64,000 bases of DNA. It comes from Octopus sinensis (lineage: Eukaryota). A program made the position numbers and the translations under genes. Below, one piece after another: positions 14,119 to 27,290 of the stretch. Below the pieces are notes generated by a model that made no database searches, was not told the origin of the DNA, and worked only from the letters and a program-made list of their open reading frames with translations. Each line of letters opens with the position of its first letter. The first letter of the stretch is position 1. The stretch spans positions 40,052,001 to 40,116,000 of the forward strand of contig NC_042999.1 of the NCBI RefSeq assembly GCF_006345805.1, read 5' to 3'.

Positions 14119-15599
14119 GGAAAAGGGTATTCTTGTATATTGTAGTTTATATGAACTATAGTTAAATAATATGATGAATATGGTCGGAACCCATCGTCTC
14201 AAAATTCCCCTTGATCATTCTTGATCCAATGCTGAGAAATAAGAGAAATCAACGAGGGAATATTATATTGCACAGCGATATCAAATTTAAAATAAGGATC
14301 AAAATATTCATTTCTGACAGGTTTTCTACCTACGTTTGCTCGTTTTCACTTGGTAATAAACAACGCAAAAATCTTTACGTAGTTGCATGTTTTGTTAGAA
14401 AGAGAAGACTGCGTTTCATGTAACAATCCTCTAGTGATGTAGTCACCGATATTCCAAGATAATATATACTTATAAATTAACTGGATTGTATTTAATCATA
14501 GACGAGGAGGGATGAAAGCATTCAGTATGAGGTTCCAACATTTCAACAGGGTTGGTTTCTCTTGCTTTAATAAAATCTTATTTAAGTCTAATTAGCCTAT
14601 TACTTCAAGACGTACCAGCAATATTTGGGAAATTATGTCACTGAGTATAAAACGTGTTATAAGATTAGTATGGGGTAATAGATTATTCAAATGTACTCGT
14701 TCACATCTTCCAGTATATGTGTGCTTTTCGCCTTCGAAGAACATGAGAAATTTTGTAAAAAAAAAAATATAAGGTTTAGTAATGTTTTTGTGCCGTCAGA
14801 ACAATAACTGCGGAAAAAAGAAAATATCTGCAATCAGCCGGTAATCGAAACCGTGGTCTAGTTTCTTCTACAATGAATGATACCTGTTCTATTATAGAGC
14901 TTGTCACGCGTCACAAATGTTATTACCAGAAATATTTACAGCTGCTATTTGTGGTACGAAATATCGATGTTGCATGCTACAATGTTATTCCAAGCCAAAT
15001 AATATGAGACATATTTTAGCATGACCTAATGAACGCAGATTATCGATTTTAGCACTAGAATATTTTGTCTATTATATATTGTTTTATTTCTGCTTTTCTA
15101 TTTAGGTATTTTTTTTTTTACTATTTTAGTATTGTTGGCCTACCGTCGATATTAATATTTAGTTCTAAAATATAATTAGATGGACAAATGAGTAAATACA
15201 GCGGTATAAAATCATAGAAAAATCAATAAATGTAACACCTAAATGAAAACCAAAATTGTAAGGTTGAAATATGAAACTTTATGAGAATACTTCCAGGAAA
15301 TTAATGCAGAACTTCAAAGGAAATGACGTTATAAAAAAAAGGCTTTGGATAAGGCGTAAGGGTTTATAAACAATGAGTATATTATAGAATAGAGCACCAG
15401 ACATTCACGTGCTAATAGAAGAGGTAAGCTACGATGAAAGTGATATGAAACATCATTCTCTGTTAGAAAAAATTATTTTCACCTTATATTCTAAGGTATA
15501 AATATCACAAATTCACGTGAATTACACGTTATAGTGATCTGGTGTTTAAACTACCAAGTTATTGTGTGGTAAAATACCCGTTGTAGCGGGAAGAGGGAA

Positions 15600-15760
15600 A
15601 TAAAGTCGATTGTGTTTTGGAATTGTATTTATTATATCAAACACGGAAAGATGAAAGACTAACTTGGTGGAATTGGAATTCAGAACGTAAAGGTGCGTAA
15701 TGGAACGCAAAGATGCAATTTTACCGGCGTTTTATACGTTCTACTAACCACTTCCCTTCT
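15600..15760 (-). mobile_element. Degenerate SINE A, reverse
   Basis: gaaagatgaaagactaacttggtggaattggaattcagaacgtaaag resembles reverse family A. Confidence 0.55.
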
Positions 15761-16034
15761 TTGCAGGTTCAGTAATAAAATTAAATATTTATTTATACAA
15801 CACTACATTGCGATGAATTCAATCAATTTGTTTGCATTTCATGGACAAAAGCATCTATTATTCAACGTATGATCAGTCCAGTTAAACTAAAAACGGGTAA
15901 GAATGATGAGAATTGTGATCTTCACGCCTTTCGCAAAAACGTAAGTTCACTTGTACTATTGCTCTTGTCTATGGTCAGAATAAAAGAAAAAATGTAGTGT
16001 GATCTGGTGTTACATTTCATAGGGATACACACAC

Positions 16035-16065
<31 letters not shown>

Positions 16066-16889
16066 TGTGTGTATGTATGTATGTATGCTTGTATTTATAA
16101 AGGCATAATTAAGAAACCCTTTATATCAGACGTTTTGTTTATTCTTTTACAATGTTATGAAAAACATTAAGTACTTCAATTTGGATTTAAGTATAAATCT
16201 GAAACAAATAGATATACCACAGGTGGAAATCGAACCGACAATTCATCCTCTTGTATTTTCAATAGAACAATTATATACGCTGAAAAAATATACCAATAAT
16301 TCATGAACATTTTTGGTTTGGAACATACTTGACTATTAAAGATACTTATCAGATATTTAGATCTAAGTTTATAAAACATGGAAACATTGCTAAAAATGCT
16401 GAGTGAGCTTTTAGAAACATTGGGAAAGCAATTGACATGTGTTAAAGAGCGATAATTTCGTGTCATTGAGTTGTTCATCAATTCGCAATTCAAAATTGCA
16501 AATTATGCTACATTCTAACAAAATTCTTATGGATTTCATAATCTCTTATCTCTCAAAATACTTTTTCTGTGATCGCTATTTTATTCTGATTTTAATTTCA
16601 TGTATGCCGTTGGTTGTTTCCCAAATGTTATTTGAACATTAGAACAAACTGAATATTTTATCTTTATAAAGTATATCAATGTAGTACGCTGGTAGATTTA
16701 ATATTCAGAAAGGTAATATGAGTTGATAATCTAATGTTAAAAAGAAATAAAGTAGTGTCAAAATTTGAAAAGTGTTAAAAATAAGTACGAAAAACGTGAG
16801 AAATGTACTTGTTCACTTAATCCCATGTGGAAGGGGCTAAAACGAAAAAAGGACGTAATCTGTGTACGCTACGATGTTCTTTGCAATAC

Positions 16890-16974
16890 TGACTTCAGCT
16901 TCCGGTTTGGGCGCAACATAGGACATTCATTATGTCCATGCTTGAAGATCGATGATGACTGTCGTGACAAGAAA
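16890..16974 (+). other. Candidate non-coding first exon
   Basis: CTTCCGGT ETS-like motif at 16899, CpG-rich stretch, consensus donor AAA|GTAAGT at 16975. Confidence 0.25.
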
Positions 16975-17060
16975 GTAAGTTTTATATTGTTCATAATTAC
17001 AGAAAGAAAATTTTGACGTATCAGATGGGACTAATTTAGGATCTTTCCTTCTTTCTTGAC

Positions 17061-17773
17061 CTACAGATTCAAAAAAAATTTTTGTAACTAAACACTTTCA
17101 ATCTTCGGACAATGGTAGAATGTGTCATATAAAACATATTTTACTGTTAGCATTTTTGAGAAAAACTTATATTTACGAAGTTATGTCACGTTAAAGTTCT
17201 CATATTTGGGAAATTTCAACCAATCAATGACCTGTATTCAGCTGAATAAAATTACTGCCGTTATTTGTCAACGACAATTATCGGCGGTGTATTGTTCATT
17301 TGTCACTGTTATTTATGACATCGTTCGTGCATTTGTAGTGGTTTTAAGATATTAGGGTTAGGGATTTAGGGTTAGGGTTACGGTTTTAGGTTTAGGGTTA
17401 GGATTTTAGGGTTAGGGTTAAGGTTTTATAGTTAAGGTGTTAGGGTTAGCGTTTTAGGGTTAGGATTAAGGTTACGGTTTCCGGTTTAGAGATAGAGTTT
17501 AGGTTTAGGGTTGTCATAAATAACAGTGACAAACGAAATATACACCACCGGAAGTTCTTCTTGAGAAACAACAGCAGTAATTTTATTCAGCTGAATACAT
17601 GGCATTGATTGGTTGAAATTACCGAAAGAGGACTACTTTAACGTGAAATAAATTGTAAATATAAGTTTTTCTCAAAAATGCTGAGAGTAAACGATGTTTT
17701 ATATGACACATTCTACCCGTCTCCGAAGTTTGAAAGTGTTTAGTTACTAAAGAATTATTTAAAAAATCTGTAG
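17061..17773. mobile_element. Foldback/MITE-like element with ~260-bp imperfect TIRs
   Basis: 17061-17320 is the reverse complement of 17512-17773 (ctacagatt/aatctgtag; gtagaatgtgtcatataaaacat; tattcagctgaataaaattactg). No ORF, no clear TSD. Confidence 0.85.
17352..17512 (+). repeat. Degenerate TTAGGG/TTTAGGG telomere-like array forming the MITE core
   Basis: ttagggttagggatttaggggttagggttacggttttaggtttagggttagg... Confidence 0.9.
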
Positions 17774-18160
17774 CCCCCCCCCAAATCCCTAATTTACTTA
17801 CATAAATTCATTCAAACAACTCTAGAATTTTTCAAATAAATTCAAAATTTTCAAAACATTGTTCATCAGTTAATATCAAAAGTAATTCAACAGTTAAGAA
17901 ATATCTATTATAAAATTATGCGCCATTAACCTTGTATGTTACGATATATGCAAACATGTAAAGTATTCTAAGTAATAAATTCTTCAAAGAAAGGGCGAAC
18001 CATGAAATATTAATCAATTGACTTTCATGGCAGCGTTTCAAAAAAAGGAATGGCAATAATTATGATCATGATTTTCTTGCAAGCAGAAAAACAATCATTT
18101 ACACGTTACTAGATTAATGCACTGATTCACAAAGTTACGCAGCATATACAGGGGTGTGTC

Positions 18161-18169
<9 letters not shown>

Positions 18170-18223
<54 letters not shown>

Positions 18224-18389
18224 CTGTGTGTGTGTATGTAAATGTATGTATATATATATGTATGTATGTATGTATGTATATATATATATATCAATATAGG
18301 TGTGTATGTGCCTGTGACTCGGAATATATATGTAGATGAATGTACATACGTATGTATATACATGTTTGTATATATGAGATAGATAGGTT

Positions 18390-18453
<64 letters not shown>

Positions 18454-18460
18454 TATAGAC
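18170..18460. repeat. (TA)n(TG)n and (GATA)n microsatellites
   Basis: Direct reading. Confidence 0.9.
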
Positions 18461-18479
18461 AAATAGATACAGCTGGATT

Positions 18480-18625
18480 CTACATAATTTCTCTCTACTA
18501 AATTCATTTGCAAGTCATTGGTATGCCTAGGACTATATAGTACAAAATGTTTTGCCCAAAGTACTGCGCAGTGAGACTGAACCAGAAACCACGCGGTTTG
18601 ACACGTGTATTCTTAGCCACACAGT
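18480..18625 (-). mobile_element. Degenerate SINE B head, reverse
   Basis: cgcagtgagactgaaccagaaaccacgcgg..tagccacacag matches the reverse complement of the 43003 head. Confidence 0.7.
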
Positions 18626-19393
18626 TATATATTTCAGTATGCTCTTATCCACTCTCATGCAACTAATAGCTCTATACTACTAGATATTGGTGTGTTTATG
18701 TGTGTTAGTGAATGTATAAGACTGAGTGAAAAAGTGTGTATGTGTATTTGTAAGTGCAAAAGGAAGTTGAGAAGAGGTACGTGGAAATGGTGCGGAAGAT
18801 GAAAGAGAAAGAATTCTCAAATTACAGATCACTGAGTGCGTTTCTTAGGCAACCGTATTACACTTCATTGAAAGAACAGAAATAATGCTTTTGAAAAACT
18901 ACTGAGCTCTTGCCTTAGATCTGATGAAGTCTGTCTACATATACATTCAACTAAATGAAGCTGCAGGAAGAATGTACAAGATGTACGCTCTTTCCAGTGA
19001 CCAATTACATTGTGTTCTGGCATTCACATAATTTTAGTTATATTTTCTTCTATTCTTCTATCATGATATGCTATTACTAATGATTCTATATCGCTGAATA
19101 AATATATTAATATACTACAAAAACAAGATTACTTTTTTTCATTATGCTGCTACATTCTTTAATAATGCTCTAATATACTTCCTGCCCGGGTTGCTACTGA
19201 ATTTTTCATTGTCAATTAGACGATATCAAATGATATGTGTGTGTGTGTGTATCTGTGTATTTTAAATTCGTTTATGGAAACGTTAGGGGTGTGCAAATAA
19301 AGTTCGTATTTCATTATGCCGGCTACCGTCTAATAATACTGACTAGTTTTTCTGGATTGCATCATGGTTATATCGATATAATGTAGGAGAAAT

Positions 19394-19408
19394 ATAATAA
19401 TGATGATG

Positions 19409-19464
<56 letters not shown>

Positions 19465-19535
19465 TAAAAACACTCGGCAAGAAATGGAAGCAAATTTGAA
19501 AGAAGAAAAAAAAAGTAATTATAATAATAATAATA

Positions 19536-19566
<31 letters not shown>

Positions 19567-19592
19567 GTAGTAGTAGTAGTAGTATTATTATC
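19394..19592. repeat. (AAT)n and (TAT)n/(TAG)n trinucleotide tracts
   Basis: Direct reading. Confidence 0.9.
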
Positions 19593-20674
19593 ATTGGATG
19601 GAATTTATAAGTACTTAATACATCGTTACGCGCTTTTCTGCAAATCTTATGATTTTAACATCAGGGTCGGTATCCTTGGGATTGATGCAGTAGAGTTCGT
19701 ATTATTCGTGGGCATCAAGTTGATCATCATCATCATCATCGATACATTTAATTATGCGATACTGCTTTATTGGATGAATCACAGAGTGATGTTTATCTCC
19801 ACGGCTTGTGTATTGATTCCATCACAAACGACCTTGATAATTTAGCAGGTTCACCTCACCACAAATCGTTTTCTTATCACTGACCAGTAGCCATTAAACA
19901 ACTCCTTAATAGATCAACCTAGAATAATGGCACCGCGAACCTCCTCTCTTGTTAGAAGTAAATATAAGTGAGTCTTGTCCATTCTCTGACGTTCTCTTCA
20001 ACCCATCTTGTGTAGCGTAATCTCGCATGTGAACGAATACAAGTGAATGTATTCTCTCGAATAGCTAATAAAGAATTGTTTGGCAGGATCACGAGTACAC
20101 TAGGTAACACCACAAACCGCACAACCAATACCGCTCTCACTACCACATACACAAACATGATACACTGGCGCAAACTAATTCATGTATACAGCGAAAGATA
20201 GAACACACGCCCTACACGAAAGAAAATGAAAATCATTATCTGCACGCTCATAAACAAAAAAAAAAAACACGATTACTCCATTACATTTACAAATAGCATA
20301 ATGACATGCATAATTATCGTCATAATATCACAAAACAAATATGATATTGGAAAAAATTCCCTGCGGGTGCAAGACATCTGTTGGCAGATATTGACAAAAT
20401 ACGAAGGAAAGAAATAGTTGTAGAAACACCCACAAAAAGTAGGAGCGATGTCTCCCTCCAGTCCATATCAATAAGTATTTTGAAAGGTTCCTGCATTAAC
20501 AAAGATGCAAGAGATTACTATTGGCGTACTGCCACGCTGCCGGCGTCGTAATGTTTATTTTTCTATTGCCATTGTCCCGCTTCTAGTTATTTTGTATGTT
20601 TACATGTCTAATGTTGCATGTGCAATATACGAGTAGTCTCTACCTGTGCTATTTTGTATACTAATTGTATTCTT

Positions 20675-20765
20675 TTATTCTTTACTTGTTTCAGTCATTA
20701 GACTCTGGCCATGCCAGGGCACCGCCTTGAATGTCGAGTCGAATAAATAGTTCCCAGTACTTATA
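20675..20765 (-). mobile_element. SINE B 3' fragment, reverse
   Basis: gtttcagtcattagactctggccatgccagggcaccgcctt is the reverse complement of 43359-43400. Confidence 0.75.
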
Positions 20766-20829
20766 CTTTAATGTAAGTTTTGAATCGTGTACGTCTTTGT
20801 TTTTAAAATTTACTCATTTTTAAATCATC

Positions 20830-21900
20830 CGTCCAAAGAAAGATGATTCCGATTTCAAACTTCAAATTTTCATTATACCCGAATCGGGATCATTTTATTA
20901 TTGTTTAGCTGTTAAATTTCTTTTGGTGATACTGATGTATTTTCTATTAGTGAACTTGCTTTTGCTGCTTGCCTTAATCTGCATGTTTTTTTTTTTAATT
21001 GTAATATCTGAGATTATATTTAGTCACATTTCCATCCAGTAAAATATTTTGGCCTACGATTCTAACATATCCTTATGTCAGTATTACATAATAGAACACT
21101 TTCCGGCTAAGAAGTTCAACAATCTTCTACATACATATATTTTTCAATTTGATACAACGTGAGCGTCTAGACATTGAAAAACGTCTATGTATACTGCTTC
21201 AATATTTCTTACAGTTTTACATTTCCAGTGGGTTATCATCTGCCTTGAATCTTTAAATGAGTTTCACCTCATCCACTTTTACTCACTGCAAACTTAACCA
21301 GCACGAGACATGTTAGGTCTTTATCTAGTCAACACCTGAATTTGATATCTTGGAATATATTTTTTTAGCATAGCATATTTCAATAGTGTGATTTGTCTTC
21401 TTTCAAATCTCTTCAGAAATGTACGTTATCTCCCATCGTTTTTCTTCTATTTGTTAACTTCCCTAAAGAGTAGAAAACATATTTGGTTGCTGAATTAATG
21501 TTATATATTCATCTTAGATTCTATTGATTTGTTAATCGACATTTTTCAGACTTACATTAGATAATTTATAATAATTTGTTGGCTACATATGTTCCTGTAT
21601 TCCTGATAAATATAATATTTATGTGTGCTTTTCAGTTGTGTGTTATATATGCAGCCATTATTTTTCTTGTTTTCCTGTCTAGTCTTGCTTATTTACTTAT
21701 TTTCCATTTGAGAATACTATAACTGTTATTTATTACTGGAACATATAGTGTATGGATACCTATAATCATACTTATAACATTTAGATCTGTTTTCTGTATT
21801 AATCTAATGCGTCTATAATATTCCTACCAGAATTGTTATTATATTTATTTATTGGACTCTGTCTAGGTCATTGATTCTTTAGTATTCCTTAGTTCGTGTC
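20830..21900 (-). mobile_element. Highly decayed RLE-type non-LTR retrotransposon (R4/Dong-like), post-RT region
   Basis: Minus-strand EYYRRIRLIQKTDLN..IGIHTLYVPVI..SYSILKW..ARLDRKTRKIM fits the RT C-terminal EYYRRVRxILKTELN..AINTLAVPV..LDRKTRK pattern; downstream remnants resemble the zinc-knuckle/RLE region. Clade call from recall. Confidence 0.65.
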
Positions 21901-22347
21901 TGGCTTAACATTTCTAACTATTAATCTATAATAAATTCAGTTTGTTTGTGTAAAATAAACGGACTACTACCTCTAAGGGTAAATTGTCACGTGGTATAAT
22001 TTCCGATTACCTGAGTTATGAGTTCAAATATAACCTACATGAACTATTTTTTTTTCCTTTGAGGATCAATGATATCCTGAAGTGAGCTCTATCAGTGGTA
22101 ATCCGTCGTCTTTGTTATACTAATGCTTGGAGGAGTGTTGGAAGTACTTGTGCCAGGTCTCTAGTTTGAGTATATCTTCGTCTCTTCTTCCTTCCAATAC
22201 GTGAGTCTGTTTAAATCGACACTGCTACCCCTTTTGAGTAAAAGAGTTTTACTAAATTGTCTCTAATTCCTATGTATATGTTTAAACATATCTAGAAAAT
22301 AGCTGAAAGCTGGTGACATACTTCGATTATTTCTCTTCTCCTTACAG

Positions 22348-22495
22348 ATGAGATATAATTGCATAATTCGCTCTTCTGTCTTATTTGAAATGCATAATTG
22401 TTTGAAACATTTGGGCTATGTATGCTAGTATACGATACCTGTCGATTTGCAGTCACCTTTCTAATTCAGATATTTTGTTTGCTATTTTATTATCG
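22348..22495 (+). CDS. Candidate exon with 5' UTR and start (ATG 22418: MYASIRYLSICSHLSNSDILFAILLS)
   Basis: Strong pyrimidine-rich acceptor ending cttacag, donor TCG|GTGAGT at 22496; all frames closed upstream of 22418. Confidence 0.3.
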
Positions 22496-22524
22496 GTGAG
22501 TATCATCAATATTTATAATCAATC

Positions 22525-22790
<266 letters not shown>

Positions 22791-22799
22791 ATCGTGATT

Positions 22800-23680
22800 T
22801 GGGCGGCGAACGGGTAGAACCGTTCGCACGCGCAGCTAAAAGCTTAGCGGCATTTCGTCCGTCTTTAAGCTCTGAATTCAAATGCGCCCAGGTGGACTTT
22901 ACTTTTCATCCCTTCGGAGTCGCTACTTTAAGTACCAGTGAATTGTTGGGTTGATATAATTGACTAGTCCCCTACCGTAAAACTTCGGGTCTTGTGCCTA
23001 TAACAGAAAGGATTGTTATTTTTGTTGTTATTGGGGCAGAAACCGCGGTGAGCGGGCAGAACCGTTCGCACGCCGCGAAAAATGCCTAGCGTCATTTTAG
23101 CTGTCTTTACAACCTGAGTTCGAAGTCGACTTTGCCTCCCATCACATCGACGGCGACAGGATAAGTACCTATTTCATTACTACCCACAAGGGGCTAAACA
23201 CAGAGAGGACAGACAAGGGCAGACAAACGGATTAAGTCGATTACATCTACCCCAGTGCACAACTGGTACTTATTTAATCGACCCCGAAAGGATGAAAGGC
23301 AAAGTTGACCTCGGCGGAATTTGAACTCAGAACGTAGCAGCAGACGAAATACGGCTACGCATTTCGCCCGGCGTGCTAACGTTTCTGCTAGTTCGCCGCC
23401 TTATCCGACAGGATAAGTACCATCTGACTACTGCAGTCGATGGGGCCGACTAACTTGCACCCAAATGCCAGACCCTTCACCAATACTATAATTACCAACA
23501 CTACGTTTGCCAAATGCGCTGTGGCATATTTTCCATTACCAATACCAATTTTCGCCGTGACTAATTTTGGCTCTCCTCCTCTCTGTGTCGATAGAATACA
23601 GTAACAATCAAGCACTGAGGTCAATGTAATCGATTCTCCTTCCCCTGAAATTGCTGGCATTGTGACTAATTTAGATAAAA
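22800..23680. mobile_element. Cluster of SINE A copies in both orientations
   Basis: + copy 22800-23000, + head 23035-23150, well-preserved - copy about 23165-23400, tail fragments to 23680. Confidence 0.85.
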
Positions 23681-26129
23681 TTACTATTTCTATTATGTTT
23701 GTTTTCCTCGCGTGCTTATGCAGCTACTGCACAGAGATTTGTGTTTTGGTTTCAATGCCTCAGGCACTTTATGATTGCTTTGAACTTATGGATTATGTTA
23801 GATGTGCGATGCATATTAAGAATTCAGTTATAGAACCAAAATACCAAAATATTCACATGTTAATATTCGGTCGACTTTCAAAAATCTTGACAACAGATCA
23901 TATTTGCTGAAAAAGTTAACTACATTGAAACTGCATTCATGAATTAACACGATTTAAATTTAAGTCACTATGCAACGAAAACAATATAAATACATTGCAA
24001 GTTGCCCAAAAAGGGTGGTATTTTTTGTGATTTTAATGCCCGCATTTTACAAACATGGTCCATACGATTAGTAATAAACATGCCAGCCTTCGCAGTTTCT
24101 TAATTAAGCGAAACATTTGATGCGTATTACTACAAATTACTTTTCAAAATACAGATTCCTTAGAAAAGTATCTCCGCTAAATACAGAGATGATAGAAAAT
24201 CAGTTCATCCAATTAATATGCGTAAAGGAAATATTTGTTAAGTAGCAGATTTAATAATTATTCCTATGCAAGTCATGTGTGCTCAACTATATCGTCCCGA
24301 ATAACAATCTAATTAAACATGCAAATTACCTAATAATATATTCGAATCTCAAATATGCTAATGAGACTCATCAGTGTTTGAAATGATTAACTAGGTTTAC
24401 ATTTCTCAGTAAGCCTGCTATGTGTTCTACTATATTGTTGCTTCTGTGAATAGTATTTCTTTTATATTTCTTTCATAAGAACATACACATATGTTCCTCT
24501 ATTATTGATATGTAAATGACCAGCTAATTAAATATGCAAAAACTCGAACATCAACAATACATCCCGTTACTACACACAGTCTTCTATATATTGCTTATAT
24601 CGATGTTACTGCGTTAACATGGACATTATATTCCAACTGTTATCTATGTACATGTGACAGCAATGACGATCACGTTGGCTGCTTAATAAAATTTCCTGAA
24701 AAATAAAAAAAATGGAAAGCGATACATTTATTTACACATAATATAAAAAAATTCAAAATTTGACTTTGATATTCTAGACTATTTTGCATTTGAAATTAAC
24801 CTGGCATTTTACTTGAAGTATTTCATTTTTTATTCTTTTCGTTTACTAAATAATAAAACACAATCTATTTCTATAAATGCCTGCCTCGATAAAAAATTCA
24901 ATATGCATGCATTACGATATATATAGTTCTCGTCTGTGTTGCCTGTAAGTAATACGGTGATATATATGCGTATTTAGAGAGAAAATAGCGTTGATGTTAG
25001 CATATATTTGAATGAGAACAACGTCACCCTGTATATGAAAGTAAACGTTTCCCTTAAGCAACCTTTAAAATCTGATTTTTTAAAATACATTGCACAAAAC
25101 ACACATTAAGGATATTGTGCCTAACATTCTTTGAGGGTGTAGGGAAATTTTATCATATAGATAACGTTGTCCTTATGTTTAAATTGTAACGATGTGATTC
25201 TATCTTCACATATCAAAACGTCAACTTTGAGTGGGCGTAGAATTTTCATTTTTGGCCTACACCAGCAACTGTATAGATACTGGTTTCCGTTCGTGCAAAT
25301 AAAAAACTTTTGTTGTTCAAACTTCTCACGCTTGTAGTAATGTATCCTTACATATAACGCATTTCCTCTCGATTTATATGAGCTTTTTTGTATGCCAATG
25401 TGAAGCAAGATTTCACATAAAGAATTCTCAATTATAAGGAAAATTCAAATGTATGACACTGAAAAGGGCTTCTTAAAAGCATATATGATAATATAATATA
25501 GTAGGCGTGCGAAGATTCAAATAGAGTTAAACATAAAACCTGAAGATGGCTATATGGAGATTTCGAATCTGTAAATAAACAGTGTGTCACCTGGTTTAAA
25601 GATGGTCCCGTAAATTCATAAACGTGTAAAGTTGCTGCTCAAGAATTTGGATTAGAGGCTCAGACAACAGACGGACGATAAGATATCGTTGCAGTCCTTA
25701 TTAATAATCTACTACTCAATAACTCGTACACACATGGTAGTATTATATACTCATATATATGAAGCACCTTTGTATATCTTTCAAATTGTCTTTCAGCTCA
25801 AAACGCTCTCTCATTTTCTTTTTCTTTTTTTCCATACCAAACTCTTCCTTTCTTGTGTGTGTGTGGATGGGGGGGGGTGAGTGTGCGTGAGTTCGTCACA
25901 CATGTGCATGTACTATATATATGTAACTTACATTGGCCGGTCTGGAGTCATGATTATTGGACGTGTGTACAATGTGCCGACACATAGCATCATGTCTGTA
26001 TCGGCAACAAAGCTGAAATAAGAAGTGCGTGGATATATTATTTGCAACAACTGTTTAAATGATCGGTTATAAATGCGATAAAATGATAATCATATTTTCT
26101 GCTATATGGACAAGACCTGAAATTTTTGG

Positions 26130-26785
26130 AGTGGGGGTAGTCAATTACATACACCCCAGTATTCCACTGGTATTTATATTTTACCGACTCTGGAATGATT
26201 AAAGATAAAGACGACAACGGCGAGTTTTGTGAAGATGGACAAAATAGTGCTGAATGTTTCGACCGGCGGGCTAACGATCCTCCCTACTCGCCATCATAAT
26301 CTTCGTCTTATTATTTAAAATATGAAAAAAACTTTAGCGCGCCAGGCAAAATGATTAACGGTATTTCAGCTGTCTTTGAGTTTTGAATTCAAGTTACGCC
26401 AAGGTCATCTTTGTCTTCATTAATTTGAGGTACAGAAATTTAGTACTACTTGAGCAGTGGGTTGGAGCCAAAATTTGGAATCAATGATAAAAAACACAGG
26501 GCTGCAAGTTGGCAGAAATGTTGGCACTTCGGGCAAAACGCTTAGCGGCATTTCGTCAGTTTTTATGATCTGAGTTCAAATTCCACCGTGGTTGACTTTG
26601 CCTTTTTTACCTTTCGGGATAGATAAGTATGTACCATCTCAGCACTGGCATCACTGTATTCGGCTTATCCCGTTCCCGTCGGACAAAATTTCGAAATCAC
26701 TAATGAGACTGAGATTAAGGCAGCGAGTTGGGAGAATGGTTAGCATACCGGGTAAAATGCTTTGCGGTATTTCTCCCATCTTGTT
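26130..26785. mobile_element. Cluster of degenerate SINE A fragments
   Basis: - fragment 26130-26250; + fragments about 26330-26420, 26500-26700 (tggcagaaatgttggcac..tgagttcaaattcc) and 26720-26780. Confidence 0.7.
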
Positions 26786-27045
26786 TTGAGAGAGAGAGAG
26801 AGAGAAAGAGAGAGTGAGGCTTAAAGAGAAAGACGGTGATACAGGCAGACAGAAAAAGAGAGTGGTAGAACATTCAGAGAACCGTATCATATATGTTTGG
26901 CTAACAATTGTTTTAGGGATTGTAGTTCCGAAATTGGCAGATGTGTATTGTGTTCTGGTGTGCTATGTCTTTTAAAACAAAAATATGATACCTTATATGC
27001 TAATGTATACGAGCGCTCATTCATGGATTTCTCAGTTCACTATCA

Positions 27046-27085
<40 letters not shown>

Positions 27086-27141
27086 TATATAATATATATA
27101 TATAATATATATATATATTATATATATATATATATATGTAT

Positions 27142-27174
<33 letters not shown>

Positions 27175-27209
27175 AGATAGATAGATAGATAGAAGATAGA
27201 TAGATAGAT

Positions 27210-27288
<79 letters not shown>

Positions 27289-27290
27289 CA
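27046..27290. repeat. (TA)n + (GATA)n microsatellite
   Basis: Direct reading. Confidence 0.95.

Noticed and set aside
17352-17512. True telomere or chromosome end
   Set aside because: Short, degenerate, and enclosed by TIRs in mid-contig.
20320-20550. Open frames on both strands (MDWRETSLLLFVG.. and KKFPAGARHLL..)
   Set aside because: No splice sites or recognisable homology.
25535-25575. cctgaagatggc as a hammerhead
   Set aside because: No closing stem II or GAAA.
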